NCBI GenBank assembly: GCA_040285855.1
Contig: JAUFOQ010000002.1
Location: 434,001-498,000 of the forward strand
Reading direction: 5' to 3'
DNA length: 64,000 nucleotides
Source of the DNA: Eukaryota sp. GEM-RC1
Lineage: Eukaryota
Shown: in pieces, positions 11,216 through 24,059 of the stretch
How positions within the stretch are numbered: the first letter of the stretch is position 1
How the letters are laid out: each line of letters starts with the position of its first letter
Made by a program: the position numbers and the translations under genes
The notes under the pieces: generated by a model
What the model was told of the DNA's origin: nothing
Databases searched by the model: none
The model's input: the letters and a program-made list of their open reading frames with translations, nothing else

Positions 11216-13779
11216 TTAAAAAGATGTATTTTCAGAGATAAACTCACTTCCAGATCCTTTAATTAAAACTGCATTCTCAATGTTTTGAGTTAGATTGTAA
11301 ACAAAATCACTATATCCGCATCCTATCGGATCTTTTGGAAGAGGTGGCAGATTTAACAAGACTAAGTCATCATTTCTAGAGTATTTTTGAATCATTTCAT
11401 TGAGTTTTGTAGCTGCACTCGCAGTGAAAACTTCACTTTTGAGTTCCTTTTTCAATGCTTGCTTCTCCATAGTCAGTGAATCGAGAGCTAGACAAGATTG
11501 ATTAGTAAGACCGAGCTTAGTGCATAATTCTCTTCGTTGTCTCATTGTCAGAGTTTTATCATAGTTATAAGGATTATGATCGTCGTAAAACTCAAGAATT
11601 CTAACAAGAGCATTAATTCTAAGAGTTTTGAGGAGTCCTTCGACACGTTTTTTGAGCTGAATGGAATCGTCATCAACAGTAGAGATGCAAAACAATCGTA
11701 GAGTCGATCCTTTCCAGAAACGATGACGTTGCAGGAGATTGGCCAAACAAATCAACATTGCCGAATCAAAAGATATCCAGAATATACAAATATCTGATTG
11801 AACTAGACATGATTTAGCATTCAAAAACAAATCAGAATAACAACACCCTTTTAGCACAATCGCACCCATTCTAAACTTGGAAATTGTACGTAACCTCTCA
11901 ATCAAACTGTCAGCTGTCAAGTGATCTAAGGACAGAAGAACAGTGTTAGGTCTGAGTGGTCCAATACCTTCACTTTGAAGAAGTAAGTTAAAGGAAGACT
12001 TGAGATCAGAATATTCTACGATTTCAGCAAAGGTTTGGAGGTTGTTTCGTTGGATGATTTGACGGAGTAAATCAGCCAGAGCCATCTTTTTTCCAATGAT
12101 ATACCTTCTTTAACTAATGCCATGATTGTAGTAAATCCTCTTCCTTTAGAAGTATGTGATAGAAAAGAGATCAAACCATTATATTCGATTGCTGACGACA
12201 CAGTTTCCTCATCAAAATCTAGAAAAGTAATGATGTCAGGTCTCCACACTTGAGACAGTGGCGTTATCTTAGTCAAATTATGATGGGACATTAGAGCATT
12301 GGTTTTAAGAAGGATAGAATGAGCGAACTGAAGGGTAAGAAGTTTAAATCCAGAGTCAGACCATTGGTCAATGTTCTTTGCAGTTTTCAAGTACAACATT
12401 AAAACAACTAGTACGAATAGAACTACTGCAGTGGCTAATGGTGATACCAAAAACATTAGAGTCATAGTCATGATTGAGCCAGCTAAGGAAGTTATCCAAG
12501 AGGAATACTTAAAGGAAGGTCGGAAGGAAGGAAGGTGAAGGACGTGGAGAACGAAGGTTGAGAGGTTGATAGAACCACAGTAGAGGAGGTAACATAAGGT
12601 AACAATTGGAGCAACAACGTCAACTTTACCAGCTAAAAGAACAAAGAAGATAGTGACTGCAGTTAACAATAGAGCCTTGCGAGGCTCCTTTTGTCCTTCA
12701 CTTAACCTAAAATGACTCAGTACTTGAGAATCCACGTCGCTACAAAGACGAGCAAAGATCCTTGGAGATCCAGAGAGAGCTTGTAGAGCAGAACCTAGGG
12801 AAACTCCAACAGAACCAATGGCAACAATGTTAAAGGGACCAAAGGAAGAGAAGAGAAGAGGGTTTGAGGTAAGAATGGAACGATCAACAGAACCTCCAGT
12901 TACAAAGAGAACTGTCAAGTATAGAACAGTGGTGGAAAGGACAGAGAACAGAGTGCCACGTGGAATTGAGATCGCGGGCTCTGAGAGAGTGTCGCTTTTA
13001 TCAGATCCAGCGAGCATTCCAGCAGTGAGTGGGTAGAATAAGGCAAGAAGAGGGAAGAAAGAGAAGGTGGAGGTATAAGAAGAAGACCAATTGTCAGATA
13101 GATTGGTCATTAAGAAACCATCTGCTGGTGAAACGCCAGTGAAAAGATCATGAACAATGAATCCAATGGCAGTTAGAACAACAACGAGAATAAGAGGAGC
13201 GAGAGCAGCTACGATCTCGATTCCAAGGAAGCAGGCAATGAAGAGAACGATCAGAAGGAAGATGGAAATGATCTTAGAAGCATAGGGGGCTATTGAAGAA
13301 GGGAAGAGAGAGGAGGGGAGGGTGTCGAAGAGGACTTCAGCTGCACCAAGGATTTCAAGTGCACAGGCAAATAAGAGAGAAAAGTAATATAAAACAGAGA
13401 TAGAAGTACTAAGAGAGGATCCTAAGGTACGTCTAATAGTTGTCTGTGCGCCATCACTATCAGAATTGAACGAAGTATTAGTCATAATGGCACTGAGAGA
13501 AAATGAAGTTAGAATAGAAGCCATGGTACAAAAGATGACGATCAGAGTAGAATCACGCACACCTGCTACACCAATCATGAAACTGAATCGAACAAAGAGA
13601 AGGATTCCCAGAATGTTCTGGACTGTTGGTACTATGACTCCACGTAAAGTGCCAAGTCCTATACGAACTGTTGAAGATTGGAGTCTGCTAACACTGGATA
13701 GAACAGATTCCGGGAAGAAAGAATCTAGAGATGGACGGGGAATAGCTATCTCAACATCAGAAGGATCTTGAGTGGACAT
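11216..13779 (-). CDS. Cation-chloride cotransporter (SLC12/KCC-like), split by a 1-nt frameshift near 12087-12092
   Basis: LGTLRGVIVPTVQNILGILLFVRF, LSEPAISIPRGT, PSFRPSFKY, WRPDI, GIGPLRPNTVL, LVLLNLPP, IKGSGSE. Adding one A to the A6 run joins the two ORFs (EKKMALADL). Confidence 0.88.
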
Positions 13780-13912
13780 AAGCTAATATCTTACGATACT
13801 AGATAATAGTTTCTTCCTTTAGATCTTTGAGAAAGAGGAGAAGTCTTGTATGAAGACCTGAAAAGTACTCCATTAAAAATCTCAACCACCCACCTTACTA
13901 CTCAAACCATCT

Positions 13913-14896
13913 ATGAAGCATGTCCTTCAGTGCTTTCTTATCTCAGTAACTCTGAAGTTAATCTCCGCTGTCGCTTCTACGAAAACAAATATCCTGGTTT
14001 GACTCTCACCCCTCTCTTTCACCTTAGAAGTCGATGAACTTGTGACTGTTGTTGTTGATAGAATTGATGAAATGGGTGTCTATGTCAGTCTCCTTGAGTA
14101 TGACAGTATTCAAGGTATGATCTTACCTTCTGAAGTCACCCGAAAAAGAGCACGTACTTTAGCTGCTCATATCCGTGTGGGTCGTCAAGAATGTGCTGCT
14201 GTCCTACGAGTTGATGCTGAAAAAGGTTATATTGATCTTTCAAAACGACGTGTTGATGGTCCAGATATCAAAAAATGTGAAGAGAAGTTCTACAAGGGCC
14301 GTGCTGTCCAAAACATATTCAGCAACGTTGCTCAATCACTGAAAGTAGACCTTGCTGAGCTTCTTGAAACAATTGGTTGGCCTCTTTACGAGAATCACAA
14401 ACATGCATTTGATGCATTCACAAAGTACATAAATGGTCAGGATGTCTTCGCTGAACTACTGCAAGAGAATCCCGATACCCCCAAGGCTTGGATAGAAGCT
14501 GTAAAACAGAGAGTCGATCAAGTAATGGCACCTCATGCAGCCAAAATAAGAACAGAATTCGAACTGACATGTTCTGCCTTTGAAGGTGTTGAAGCTATCA
14601 AAGCAGCACTGAAAGCAGGAGTTGCAGTGGGAGAAAGTGACGAAATAGAAGCTAAGCTTATAGCTCCTCCTCTTTATGTTTTAACTTTGACCTCTGAGCA
14701 AAAGGACAATGCAATTGAACGGCTGAAGACAGCACTTGTTGCTGTGGAGACTGAGATTGTTAAGTATGGGGGATCATTGACCATTAAAACTCCACCTCGA
14801 GTTGTTAGTCAGCATGATGACAGAATGTTGCAGCAAATGATGGCTCAGGCTGAGCGTGAAAATAGAGAAGTTTCAGGTGATCAAACTGAGGAATAA
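13913..14896 (+). CDS. EIF2S1: Translation initiation factor eIF2-alpha; introns 13918-13946 (GC-AG, 29 nt) and 13997-14027 (GT-AG, 31 nt)
   Basis: Spliced product MNNSEVNLRCRFYENKYPEVDELVTV...GMILPSEVTRKR...KGYIDLSKRRV...KLIAPPLYV. Confidence 0.93.
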
Positions 14897-15469
14897 TGTT
14901 AACTATTTAGTTATTTGGTTCTTGACCACTCTGCTTTTGTTTAGTGTTTCTTTTTATAAAACTACGATATCATGTCTTCAAATTATCTTATAGAGCGACA
15001 TATCATATATGATAACACTCTGTATCTTTTTTTCATTCAACGTTAAATAAAAGGCGTTTTTTGACACATCTAGGTCCATTTCTTTAATAAGTGTAAAACT
15101 ATGCAATTTGTATTGTACATTTGAACTTCAAATTTTGAAGACACTGTGAAATCCATCACCTTAGACATTTTTTGATCTATTACATTTATAATAAATAAAA
15201 TATATATATTACCTCAGACTAAGGAACAGTTAAACAAAAGTGTCGTGTTCGGTCCAAAGACTAAGGACCAGTGATTGCGTGTGATTAGGATCTGACTCCG
15301 TTCAGCAGACTTAGTTTGATTCCAATCAGTGACCTCGTAAAATATCGAAATTGTGCATACCACAATGAAACGGAAAATTTGGAAACTCAAATTTTCCACC
15401 CTATGCCTGTGCTTTTCAGTTCGTTTGGATAATTTACCACCTCACTAATTCTTTTCACTCACTCAATAA

Positions 15470-16678
15470 ATGCTTTCTTTTACATCCTTACCTAATGCAT
15501 CATCTATAAAAGTACTAGTGTCATTACAACTCTTTAAGGGCTCTAGATCCTTTTTCCAACAAGAAGTTTCATTATTCTATGATGACAACAACTTTGAGGA
15601 ATCTGAACTTCAAGAACTCTGTAAAGCCTTTTATCAAATCCAACTTAACAACAAAGGTAAAACTTCTAACCCCGATTGGGAACTTGAAGTTAAATACAAA
15701 GCCACCGGGAGCATGTACCGCTTAGGTGTCACCTCTACAATTGCCGGATGGATAGCCTCTCACAGTGGTGAAGGTATGGCTTTCCAGATCAAGGTCAATC
15801 CTATTGATATTGATAAGGAAGCTTACAAGGTATGGCAAAGCTCATCGCTTCAGCGAGAAGTTGTACACATGCCTGTTACTGACTTACAACAAGCAAATCC
15901 TGGGATCTCAGCAGCACCTGCCATTTGGCGCAATTGGGCCTCGCTTATTGAGTCGGGTAAGGCGGACATTACATTGATCCCAGCAGAATTGACACGCTTT
16001 TTCTCTGCCGTCGATGAACCGCCAAGTGAAGACGAAGATAATGTCTTCGGAAATGCTGTTGCCCAAATGGTGTCCCGCGAGCTTATAAAAATTGACACCG
16101 AACGTAGTCAGTTTGATTCAGTTCAGAGAAACCTTCTCTGGAAGAAGATTGCCGCTTTTTGTCACTCCCTTAAGAGAAGATCCTCTGGAAGGGCAGTGTT
16201 GTTACCAATATCAACACATGACTTTAACCAGGTTGCCGAGGTAAACGATTCGCATGCTGCTTTGAACGGATTTCAATCTCCAACAGAACCACATCATCCT
16301 ACGCTTAGATCCTCTAGGAGTGAAGTTGATCCTTTTCTATCTTCAAACGGATTTCAATCTCCAACGGAACAGCATCATCCTACGCTTAGATCCTCTAGGA
16401 GTGAAGTTGATCCTTTTCTATCTTCAAACGGATTTCAATCTCCAACGGAACAGCATCATCCTACGCTTAGATCCTCTAGGAGTGAAGTTGATCCTTTTCT
16501 ATCTTCAAACGGATTTCAATCTCCAACGGAACAGCATCATCCTGTTCTTAAAAGCTCTAGAAGTGAAGACGATCCTTTTCTATCTTCTTTACACAACTTT
16601 CGTTCACATGCGGATCAAAATTCACCAGTCAATGATGATGTCCAACGCCAATTGTTCACTTATAATATTGATCTCTAG
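15470..16678 (+). CDS. Orphan ORF convergent with a DD34E transposase; C-terminal 27-aa repeats
   Basis: Intronless 402-aa ORF containing AIWRNWASLI; ends 70 bp from the transposase stop. Confidence 0.65.
   Translation: MLSFTSLPNASSIKVLVSLQLFKGSRSFFQQEVSLFYDDNNFEESELQELCKAFYQIQLNNKGKTSNPDWELEVKYKATGSMYRLGVTSTIAGWIASHSGEGMAFQIKVNPIDIDKEAYKVWQSSSLQREVVHMPVTDLQQANPGISAAPAIWRNWASLIESGKADITLIPAELTRFFSAVDEPPSEDEDNVFGNAVAQMVSRELIKIDTERSQFDSVQRNLLWKKIAAFCHSLKRRSSGRAVLLPISTHDFNQVAEVNDSHAALNGFQSPTEPHHPTLRSSRSEVDPFLSSNGFQSPTEQHHPTLRSSRSEVDPFLSSNGFQSPTEQHHPTLRSSRSEVDPFLSSNGFQSPTEQHHPVLKSSRSEDDPFLSSLHNFRSHADQNSPVNDDVQRQLFTYNIDL
16265..16588 (+). repeat. 81-bp tandem repeat x4 (NGFQSPTEQHHPTLRSSRSEVDPFLSS)
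   Basis: Units start at 16265, 16346, 16427 and 16508; the middle two are identical. Confidence 0.95.
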
Positions 16679-16748
16679 GTTTTGCACTTATCACAATGTT
16701 TATGTTCTATAAAGGTATCTTTGTTGTTGTTCACTGAATTCTTCAGTT

Positions 16749-17828
16749 TCAATTGTCAACAAAATCTATTAAAAATTCAGACAAAGGTCCTGATAAATAA
16801 GGAGACTTGTAGTATTCAAAGTCTTTCCAGCCACTGTGATTGAAAAGCCTTGTACAATCACACTTTAGTCTCGGAAGGATGGCTTGAAGTACATCAATTG
16901 AATTTTGTCCAATGCTATGGTGAGAGATTTCACGAACTTTACGCCTCAAAACACCAAAAAAGGCCTCAATCGGATTTGACTCCGGGCAGTACGGAGGCAA
17001 GATAAAATAAGAAATTCCACACTTTTTAAGAGCCGCATGTATAAAAGGAGATACATGAATGTTGCATCCATCTACAACTAGAACACTACGACTCCCAGTC
17101 TTCGTTCTTAAATATCCTAAATTTATTAAATCTTCAAGAAAAGCGACATATTGTAAGCGAGAAAAATGTCCTTCCTGGATATGGTGGTAGAGATAACCAT
17201 CTTGGCTAATCGCCACGACTACTGAGATCTGGTCCACGTTGACAAGTTGGTTTTCAGTAGCTACAGGAATATTTCTAGGGCTCCTACCATAGAGTCTACT
17301 GAAGTGTTCCTTACGGAAGCTAATCTCATCAATAAATACTAGCTGATTAGTAAATATGATTCCTAACGAGAAAGAGAGTTTTTTCTCGAAATTAAGGATG
17401 AGTTGTACTTTAGCTTTGCGAATCATAGAACGGCATCGTTTACGAGAAAAGCCACTGGATACAAGTGATCGATGGATGGTTGAGATGGAGCAAACACGTC
17501 CAGAGAAGCGAAAAAGACGTGCTTTAATTTCTCTAAGATAGAGCAGAGGATCTTCTTGAACAGTTGAAAGTATGAAGGAAACTTCAGCAGGAGAGAGGAG
17601 TTGACGGGTGTTGGCAGATGTAGATTCCGTAGATTCTGAACTAAATAGGGTTTGAATCCAACGACTGAGTGTTGACTGTGATATGCAAAAGTACTTAGCT
17701 ACAGTCGCCTGTGACCCTTCGAGAAAGAGATATGAGTAACATGCACGAACTTTTGTGTCTTCGGATGCATTAACTCTCAAGGAAGCGAGCTCATGACATG
17801 ATAGAAGCATGTCGAAGGTGTAACCCAT
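16749..17828 (-). mobile_element. Intact IS630/Tc1-mariner (DDE_3) transposase, DD34E
   Basis: HTH (ATVAKYFCISQSTLSRWI), second HTH (PLLYLREIK...SISTIHRSL), FIDEISF, and VVDGCNIH...LPPYCPESNPIE with 34 residues between D and E. No TIRs found by eye. Confidence 0.9.
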
Positions 17829-18456
17829 GATACAGTTGTTTTATTAGGTGAGTTAAAACTCAAATGAGTGAAAAGTGTTCTGACTCACTACCCACTCAAA
17901 ATGAAAACCTCAGGCTTGATTTCATTATATTTTTTCTTGTTGTGGCCTGGATCTACTCTAAGTGTTGTGGCACCGGTAATGATGATGCTGAATCAAATTG
18001 TGACGACGACTCCTCATTTAACATACCTGTTATGGCTAGAAGGAAGGGTAGGGGGTATACGAATTCCGGTTCCTGAATGAAGAAGACGACGACGACGATG
18101 ATGACTAGTCTCTCACAAGATCCTCAGAAAACTGAGAGAACTAAGGCTAATTGAACTCAAATGACTAAGTAGTAGGTGTGACATAGTGCAGAAAACTGTT
18201 TTAAGTACAATGTATATGATAAACCTAAGTAATTGATTGACTATGTCTTTTGATTTTTTGTGGGCTAATTTACTCAATGATAACATGAATTTTGGTAAAG
18301 TTAGAGTGTGTAGACAAAGGAAAAGAACATCAGACACGACTAGGACTACTTCTGTCATCAGATGATTAAATATAGAATCTCAAAGGAAATCCTCTGAAAA
18401 TCTCACATTCCTCACCCTGCCTTCACCCTTCCCGCCTTTCAGATGTATCTACATTA

Positions 18457-19918
18457 ATGGCATCCTCTGTTACTAATAACTTTGCACATGCATCCCAATT
18501 GGGCAACTTCCGACTTTCTTCTGTTGAGCTGACTGTTAGATCATCAAAGCCTGGAAAACGAATATTGGCTGGTCAATATGGTCTAGGAGACACTATTGGT
18601 GAAGGCCAATTGGGCAAAATCCGTCTAGGTTGGCGGCTTCCTCCTCAAGAACAGAAATCACCTTCCAAATACGAGAATCGCATCGTTCTACGTACCCATG
18701 TCACACCAGAACCCAATACCAAAGTAGCTGTCAAAATCTTCAACATCTCTAAGCTACGTAAAATGCGTAATCTACATGCTGTCCGAGCTGAAATCGACTG
18801 CCTCTCCCGCCTCTCCCACACAAACATCATTAAGCTTTACGAAATCATTGAAAACCCCTCCAAACATCGAATCTATCTTGTCATTGAACTTCTTGAAGGC
18901 ACCCTAAACGAACTCATAGGTACAAACCCCAATGGTCTCTCTGAAGAAGAAGCACTACCTCTCTTCTACCGCGTCTTCTCAGCAGTCTCTCATTGTCATC
19001 AGAACCAAGTAGCCCACAGAGACATCAAGCCTGATAACGTGATGTTCACTTCTGATGGTCAGGTGAGATTAATGGACTTCTCTGGTGGTGAACTTGATCC
19101 CTCCTCTGCTCCTTCTATATCTTCCGCCATCCTACTTCTCCAACAGTCCACTGAGGACCCTTCTCTCCTCTCTGAAATGTGCTATTGGGGATCGCCAGCC
19201 TTCCTTCCTCCGGAACTTGTCGACACTGTCTCTCCTCTTCAGTCCTCTCTACAACAAGGATTCTCTGCTGACTCCTGGGCCCTTGGTATCTCTCTCCACA
19301 TCACTCTCACTGGTCGTTTTCCCTTCCCTTCCACGGATCATTGCCTAGCCAACGTTCAAGACGACATTCGTCATGGTCGTGTTTGCATTGAACCTTACCT
19401 ATCGACTCCAGTTAAAGATCTTCTATCCGGCTTACTCTCTTTGGAAACCAACTACTAGAACTACTCCAAAGACTGCTCTTCAATCAGAATGCTTCCAATA
19501 CTCTAAAGTCTCTGCTAAACCACATTTTCTAAAACGAATTTCTTTTGGAATTAAGAAACTGTTGTTTTCTTCCGACAATGAACCTGACGAATCTTCTCTC
19601 GCCACCTTGGTTCCTCCGAAAGAAGACCTCCTATCCACACACTTCTACTCAGACTCCCCTGACTGGGTATCATATTCAATGTCCTCGTCACGACCAACCT
19701 CAAGAGCTTCATCACGAGCCAAGTCAAGGCCAAGGAAGTTCGACCCTCAAGATGCGTGGGTGATTGATGTGATACAGGACGACACTCCTAGTCTTTCTGA
19801 GCTAGCTGAGCTGACTAATGGCAATCATCCTATCCCGCCGTTAACCGGATCATTGTCTGAGTTTTCAGAAGAAGATTTTAAAAAAGATCCTGTGGGATTA
19901 CCCTGCAGTGTTTTATAG
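18457..19918 (+). CDS. Ser/Thr kinase, STK11/LKB1-like (CAMK group), with a 1-nt frameshift near 19443-19447
   Basis: VAVKIFNISKLRK, HRDIKPDN, DFS, GSPAFLPPE (LKB1: GSPAFQPPE). Removing one base restores LEPTTRTTPKTAL. The second frame ends in a CAAX box, CSVL. Confidence 0.8.
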
Positions 19919-20055
19919 TCTTTTTAGTTATTAGTTTTTTATTATCTATATGGTACGCATTTTTGCATTCAGATTCATTACATTTTAACTGTAATACAGT
20001 CATATCAACAAAAACTGTTTTAATTACTAAAAACGGCTATTATATACATACCGAT

Positions 20056-21090
20056 TTAATAAATTGAAATATACCGTTGAATTTTGGCTATTTGATTTTG
20101 ATCTATACATTGGAATATCCATACAAGGTTCCTAATCTCCTGCTCCTTCATCCTCATCCAACTATAGAACACAGAGAAATTAAAAGGAGCCAGACATGAG
20201 TTCTTACACATCATAATCTCACTTCGATAGAACAAGTCATCCATAGTTAGATCTTGAGAGGATTGAGAAGTCTTGAGCATAGATTCGTAGGAAGTACCTC
20301 TAACTGCTTGTTCGACTTCCACCACGCTACTTGCCTGTCTGAGAGCTTTGATTGATTGGGGTGAGAGACGGCCAATATCTGGAAATAGCTGAACTCTCTC
20401 ATCACGTGTGAGATCAGTTGTGAGAGAGTTGAGAGTAATAGAGATCTTTCTTCGGTCAGCTTCAAACTCCAACATATTCAAAAGAGAAGCTCCAGCTACT
20501 TTCGAAAGCTTTGTAGAAACGAAGCGATGGAAGTCTTCCAGATAGCACTTGTAAAGTGTATTTCTAATGATTTCAATATGTAGGTCATTCAAAGCTGTTG
20601 CTGTTATACATTGCTCAAAATAACCAGCTAAGGGCGTATCAATCAAAACCATTCTATAAACTTCTTCAGGTGTTGAAGCAGCTGCAACTAGATTGAGATT
20701 CTTGAACAATCCTAGTGGGTGGCATTTGTGGATGAGTTTTTCAAGGTTAGAGCCTCGCAGGGAACCCTGTATGATTAGAGTGATGTTGTCTATCATGTAG
20801 CCATATGTACAATAGTCTAAGAATTGAGAAAGTAATGAAGTGGAAGTGGATTTAATGAAATGGAAGGCTGAAACATAATTAGTCATGAGAACATCTCGGA
20901 ATCTTCCCACGTCTAGGTCAGATGACTCATTGCGAAGTTCTGGGTATTCAGAATGAGAAAGATGAATTCGTAAATCAGAGATAGAAGAGCATTCACAGAG
21001 CGAAGAGTAGTCTTTGGCAGTGAGTAGATGACCTATTTTGCCTCGAACAAGGGCATCAAGAAATCCAAAGTTGGAGTTGTAGTATATCAT
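20056..21090 (-). CDS. ATP6V0D: V-type ATPase V0 subunit d
   Basis: GFLDALVRG, YGYMIDNI, CHPLGLF, IEIIRNTLYKCYLEDF, LEFEADRR, KEQEIRNLVWI. Confidence 0.95.
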   Translation of the reverse strand: MIYYNSNFGFLDALVRGKIGHLLTAKDYSSLCECSSISDLRIHLSHSEYPELRNESSDLDVGRFRDVLMTNYVSAFHFIKSTSTSLLSQFLDYCTYGYMIDNITLIIQGSLRGSNLEKLIHKCHPLGLFKNLNLVAAASTPEEVYRMVLIDTPLAGYFEQCITATALNDLHIEIIRNTLYKCYLEDFHRFVSTKLSKVAGASLLNMLEFEADRRKISITLNSLTTDLTRDERVQLFPDIGRLSPQSIKALRQASSVVEVEQAVRGTSYESMLKTSQSSQDLTMDDLFYRSEIMMCKNSCLAPFNFSVFYSWMRMKEQEIRNLVWIFQCIDQNQIAKIQRYISIY

Positions 21091-21145
21091 GTTGTGTAAA
21101 GCACAAAACTGGAATTTTCAATAACCCCATCTTCACTTTATCATT

Positions 21146-22773
21146 ATGGCAAAAGGACCTAAACCAAAGAAAGGAGGTAAAAAGAGCAAGCAACTATTCC
21201 TGAGCTTGTTGATGCCATCCAAGGCCAAGTTGTTACTCGTTTCGCTCCTTCTCCTACTGGCTTCCTTCATATCGGCCATGTAAAAGCCGCTCTCCTCAAT
21301 GACTACTACTGCCGTAAATACGGTGGAAAGCTTATTCTCCGATTCGATGACACCAATCCATCGAAAGAACGAGGTGACTACGTTGACGCTATCACCGAAG
21401 ATCTGGGTAGCATCGGCATTGTACCTGACGTCATCACTCACACTTCTGACTACTTCGATCTCTTTCTTGATAAATGTCAAGAACTTCTTGTTTCTGGCGA
21501 TGCTTTTGTTGACGATACTCCAGTTCAACTCATGCGTGAAGTGCGTGGTAATCGTGAACCGTCCTCTCGACGATCCAACTCTGTTGAAGAGAATCTGGCC
21601 CTTTGGGAAGAAATGAAGAAAGGTTCTACTCGAGGACTTGAGTGTTGTGTACGTGTTAAGATCGACTATGCTAATCAAAACGGTACTCTTCGCGATCCTG
21701 TAATTTATCGATGTAACTTAGATGAACATAACAAAACTGGTTCTCGTTACAAGGTCTATCCCACCTATGACTTTGCTTGTCCAATCTTAGACGCTCATGA
21801 AGGAGTTACCCACGCCCTGAGAGCTAACGAGTATAGAGAGAGAAACGCCCAGTATCAGTGGTTTTTGGATCATTTTAATCTTCGTAAGGTGCACATTCAT
21901 GATTTTGGTCGTTTGAACTTTGAATATTCTGTAATGTCAAAGAGATTGTTGACCCAGTTTGTTGATAAAAAGATTGTGGATGGGTGGAACGATCCTAGGT
22001 TCCCTACTGTTCAAGGTATTTTAAGAAGAGGACTTACTCTTCAAGCATTAAGAGACTTTATCCTGTTACAAGGATCATCTGATTGTTTAATCACAATGGA
22101 ATGGGATAAGATCTGGGCAATGAATAAGTCTGTGTTGGAGCCACAGGCAGCACGGTATAACGCTGTTGTTGATCCTGTAGTAGTAAAGCTAGAAGGAGAA
22201 GGAGTCCCCAGTGTTACTGAGTGGAGAAGTGTACCGTTGTTACAGAAGAATCCTGAAGCAGGGGACAAAATGGTTCCTTATGCATCTGAAGTGTTGTTGG
22301 CCAGAGAAGATGTTGTATTGATGAATGTAGAAGACAAGGTTACTCTAATGGGTTGGGGAAATGCCTTTGTAACGAACATTGAAAAGGATTCAGAAGACGT
22401 CATCAAAAGTGTGTCTATGAAGTTAGCTCTTGATGATCGAGTCTTTAAGGGAACTTTGAAGGTTCAATGGATTGCTCACGTACCTGATGTTGTTTCTTTT
22501 GATATTTCTTACTATGGGTATTTGGTGACCACTAGAAAGGTTGATCCTGATACTCCCTTTGAGGAACTAGCTAATAGAAATTCAAAGAAGGTGGTACAAA
22601 TGGTTGGTGAGCCTGCTTTGAAGTCGGTGGCAAAGGGAAGTCATCTTCAGCTTCAACGTTTAGGATTTTTTATAGTTGATCAGGCATTTTTAGTTCGATC
22701 TGGTTTACAATTGATTTATGTTCCTTCTGGAAGAGGAACTTTGACTATTGAAGACTTGTTTCCCACTCAATAG
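21146..22773 (+). CDS. Glutamyl-tRNA synthetase (cytosolic type); frameshift at A-run 21179-21183
   Basis: The ORF frame stays open upstream of 21532: VVTRFAPSPTGFLHIGHVKAA (HIGH), RFDDTNP, then YPTYDFACP and VMSKR. The ATG at 21146 joins this frame if one A is added (GGKKEQATIPE). Confidence 0.9.
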
Positions 22774-23017
22774 GAAGAATTGTCTGTAGTTGTTGATTAA
22801 ATACATTGTTCTTCAGAATGTTCAATACATTTTGCCTGTTGACATACATGTACCTTAAATCAAAAATAACTCTAAATTAATAATAAACTGTGCTACAAAA
22901 ACATGTAATTCAAGAAAGGGTAGAATGTAACTGATGCCGTTTGTTGCAAATGGAGTACCATTAGTAATATGGTAAGGTTAAAATATTTGGTTGAACATTA
23001 TTCGACTGTATCGACAC

Positions 23018-23533
23018 CAGTGATCGAAGACACGCGTGGACACGTTTGGACACGCAGACACGTTTGGACACGGACACGGTGTCTTTTGAAAAACACGCAA
23101 AAAGACACGCAAAAAGACACCGCGTGTGTACGTGTTTTTCTGCAAAAAACCTGGAAAACTTCGAAAGTACCCTTTTATTTCCCTCAATATTGTTCGACTT
23201 GAATGTTTTTCTATATGTTATACCACAATAGACTGCAATGCCAACAGAAAAGTGGCCAAAATACTGACATGATGCGTTGTCAAACAAACCTAGAACACAA
23301 TTCAACTCAGCAAAACCACAGAATCCCAGATTCAGATGATGGGATGTCAGATAAAGGCCAGAATTGGCCCAAAACAGTGTTTTCATAGTCAAACTCTGTA
23401 TAGTTGATGAGAAATTTTTTTCGAAAAAACACGCAAAAACACCTAAAAGACACATCAAAGACACCGTGTGGACACGCGTGTTAACACCGACACGGTGTCT
23501 TTTTAAAAAACACGTGGGAAATTTCGAACACTG
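23018..23533. mobile_element. hAT MITE (ACACG/CACGCGTG family)
   Basis: TIR CAGTGATCGAA/TTCGAACACTG; perfect 8-bp TSD ATCGACAC; subterminal GACACG arrays. Confidence 0.88.
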
Positions 23534-24059
23534 ATCGACACCAGGATTCACTAAAGTAGTAAAGTGCTTAAGTGACTTTACTTTACTTTACTTTAAAGTT
23601 TTGAAAAGGAAAAGTAACAGACCTCAAACTTGTTTAGTTTGTCTTCTTAGCACTGTAAATGACTCTTATATACTAGTACTAGTATTACATGTTCTATCAT
23701 AGGAGCTCAACAAAAAATCCAAAACAAAAACGATGTAAAATTGTTTCTAACAGAAACTTATTCAACCAATATCCATTATTCAAACGTCAGGTTACTTCAA
23801 TACATACGAGTACAATGTATTTAACCTTTTGAATTGCACCCAGGGCCCACATATCCGGACGCAACCACAGATTCTTCACACTCGGTAGCTCAACTAATTA
23901 GACAAACCAGTATAAAATACAAACAAAAGTGGGTTTATGATCAATCAGTGAAATAAATGCAATTCTATTTTGTAATAATAACTAACAGACACTAACTAAA
24001 GTAGTTAAACTATGATCAGTCTGTCCTTCACCGAACAACACACCTAAAATCGAATTGAA

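Noticed and set aside
16265..16588. CRISPR or guide array next to the transposase
   Set aside because: Head-to-tail 81-bp coding repeats without variable spacers.
15470..16678. Fanzor/TnpB nuclease
   Set aside because: No RuvC catalytic motifs or CxxC zinc finger are visible.
21177..21190. 14-nt GT-AG intron fixing the GluRS frame
   Set aside because: Half the size of the nine other introns, ends in AAG, and lacks the -7 A; a missing A in the homopolymer is simpler.
22961..23551. Overlapping ORFs of 60-196 aa, and similar ORFs in other repeat islands and antisense to genes
   Set aside because: They lie within MITE subterminal repeats or on shadow frames and show no protein motifs.
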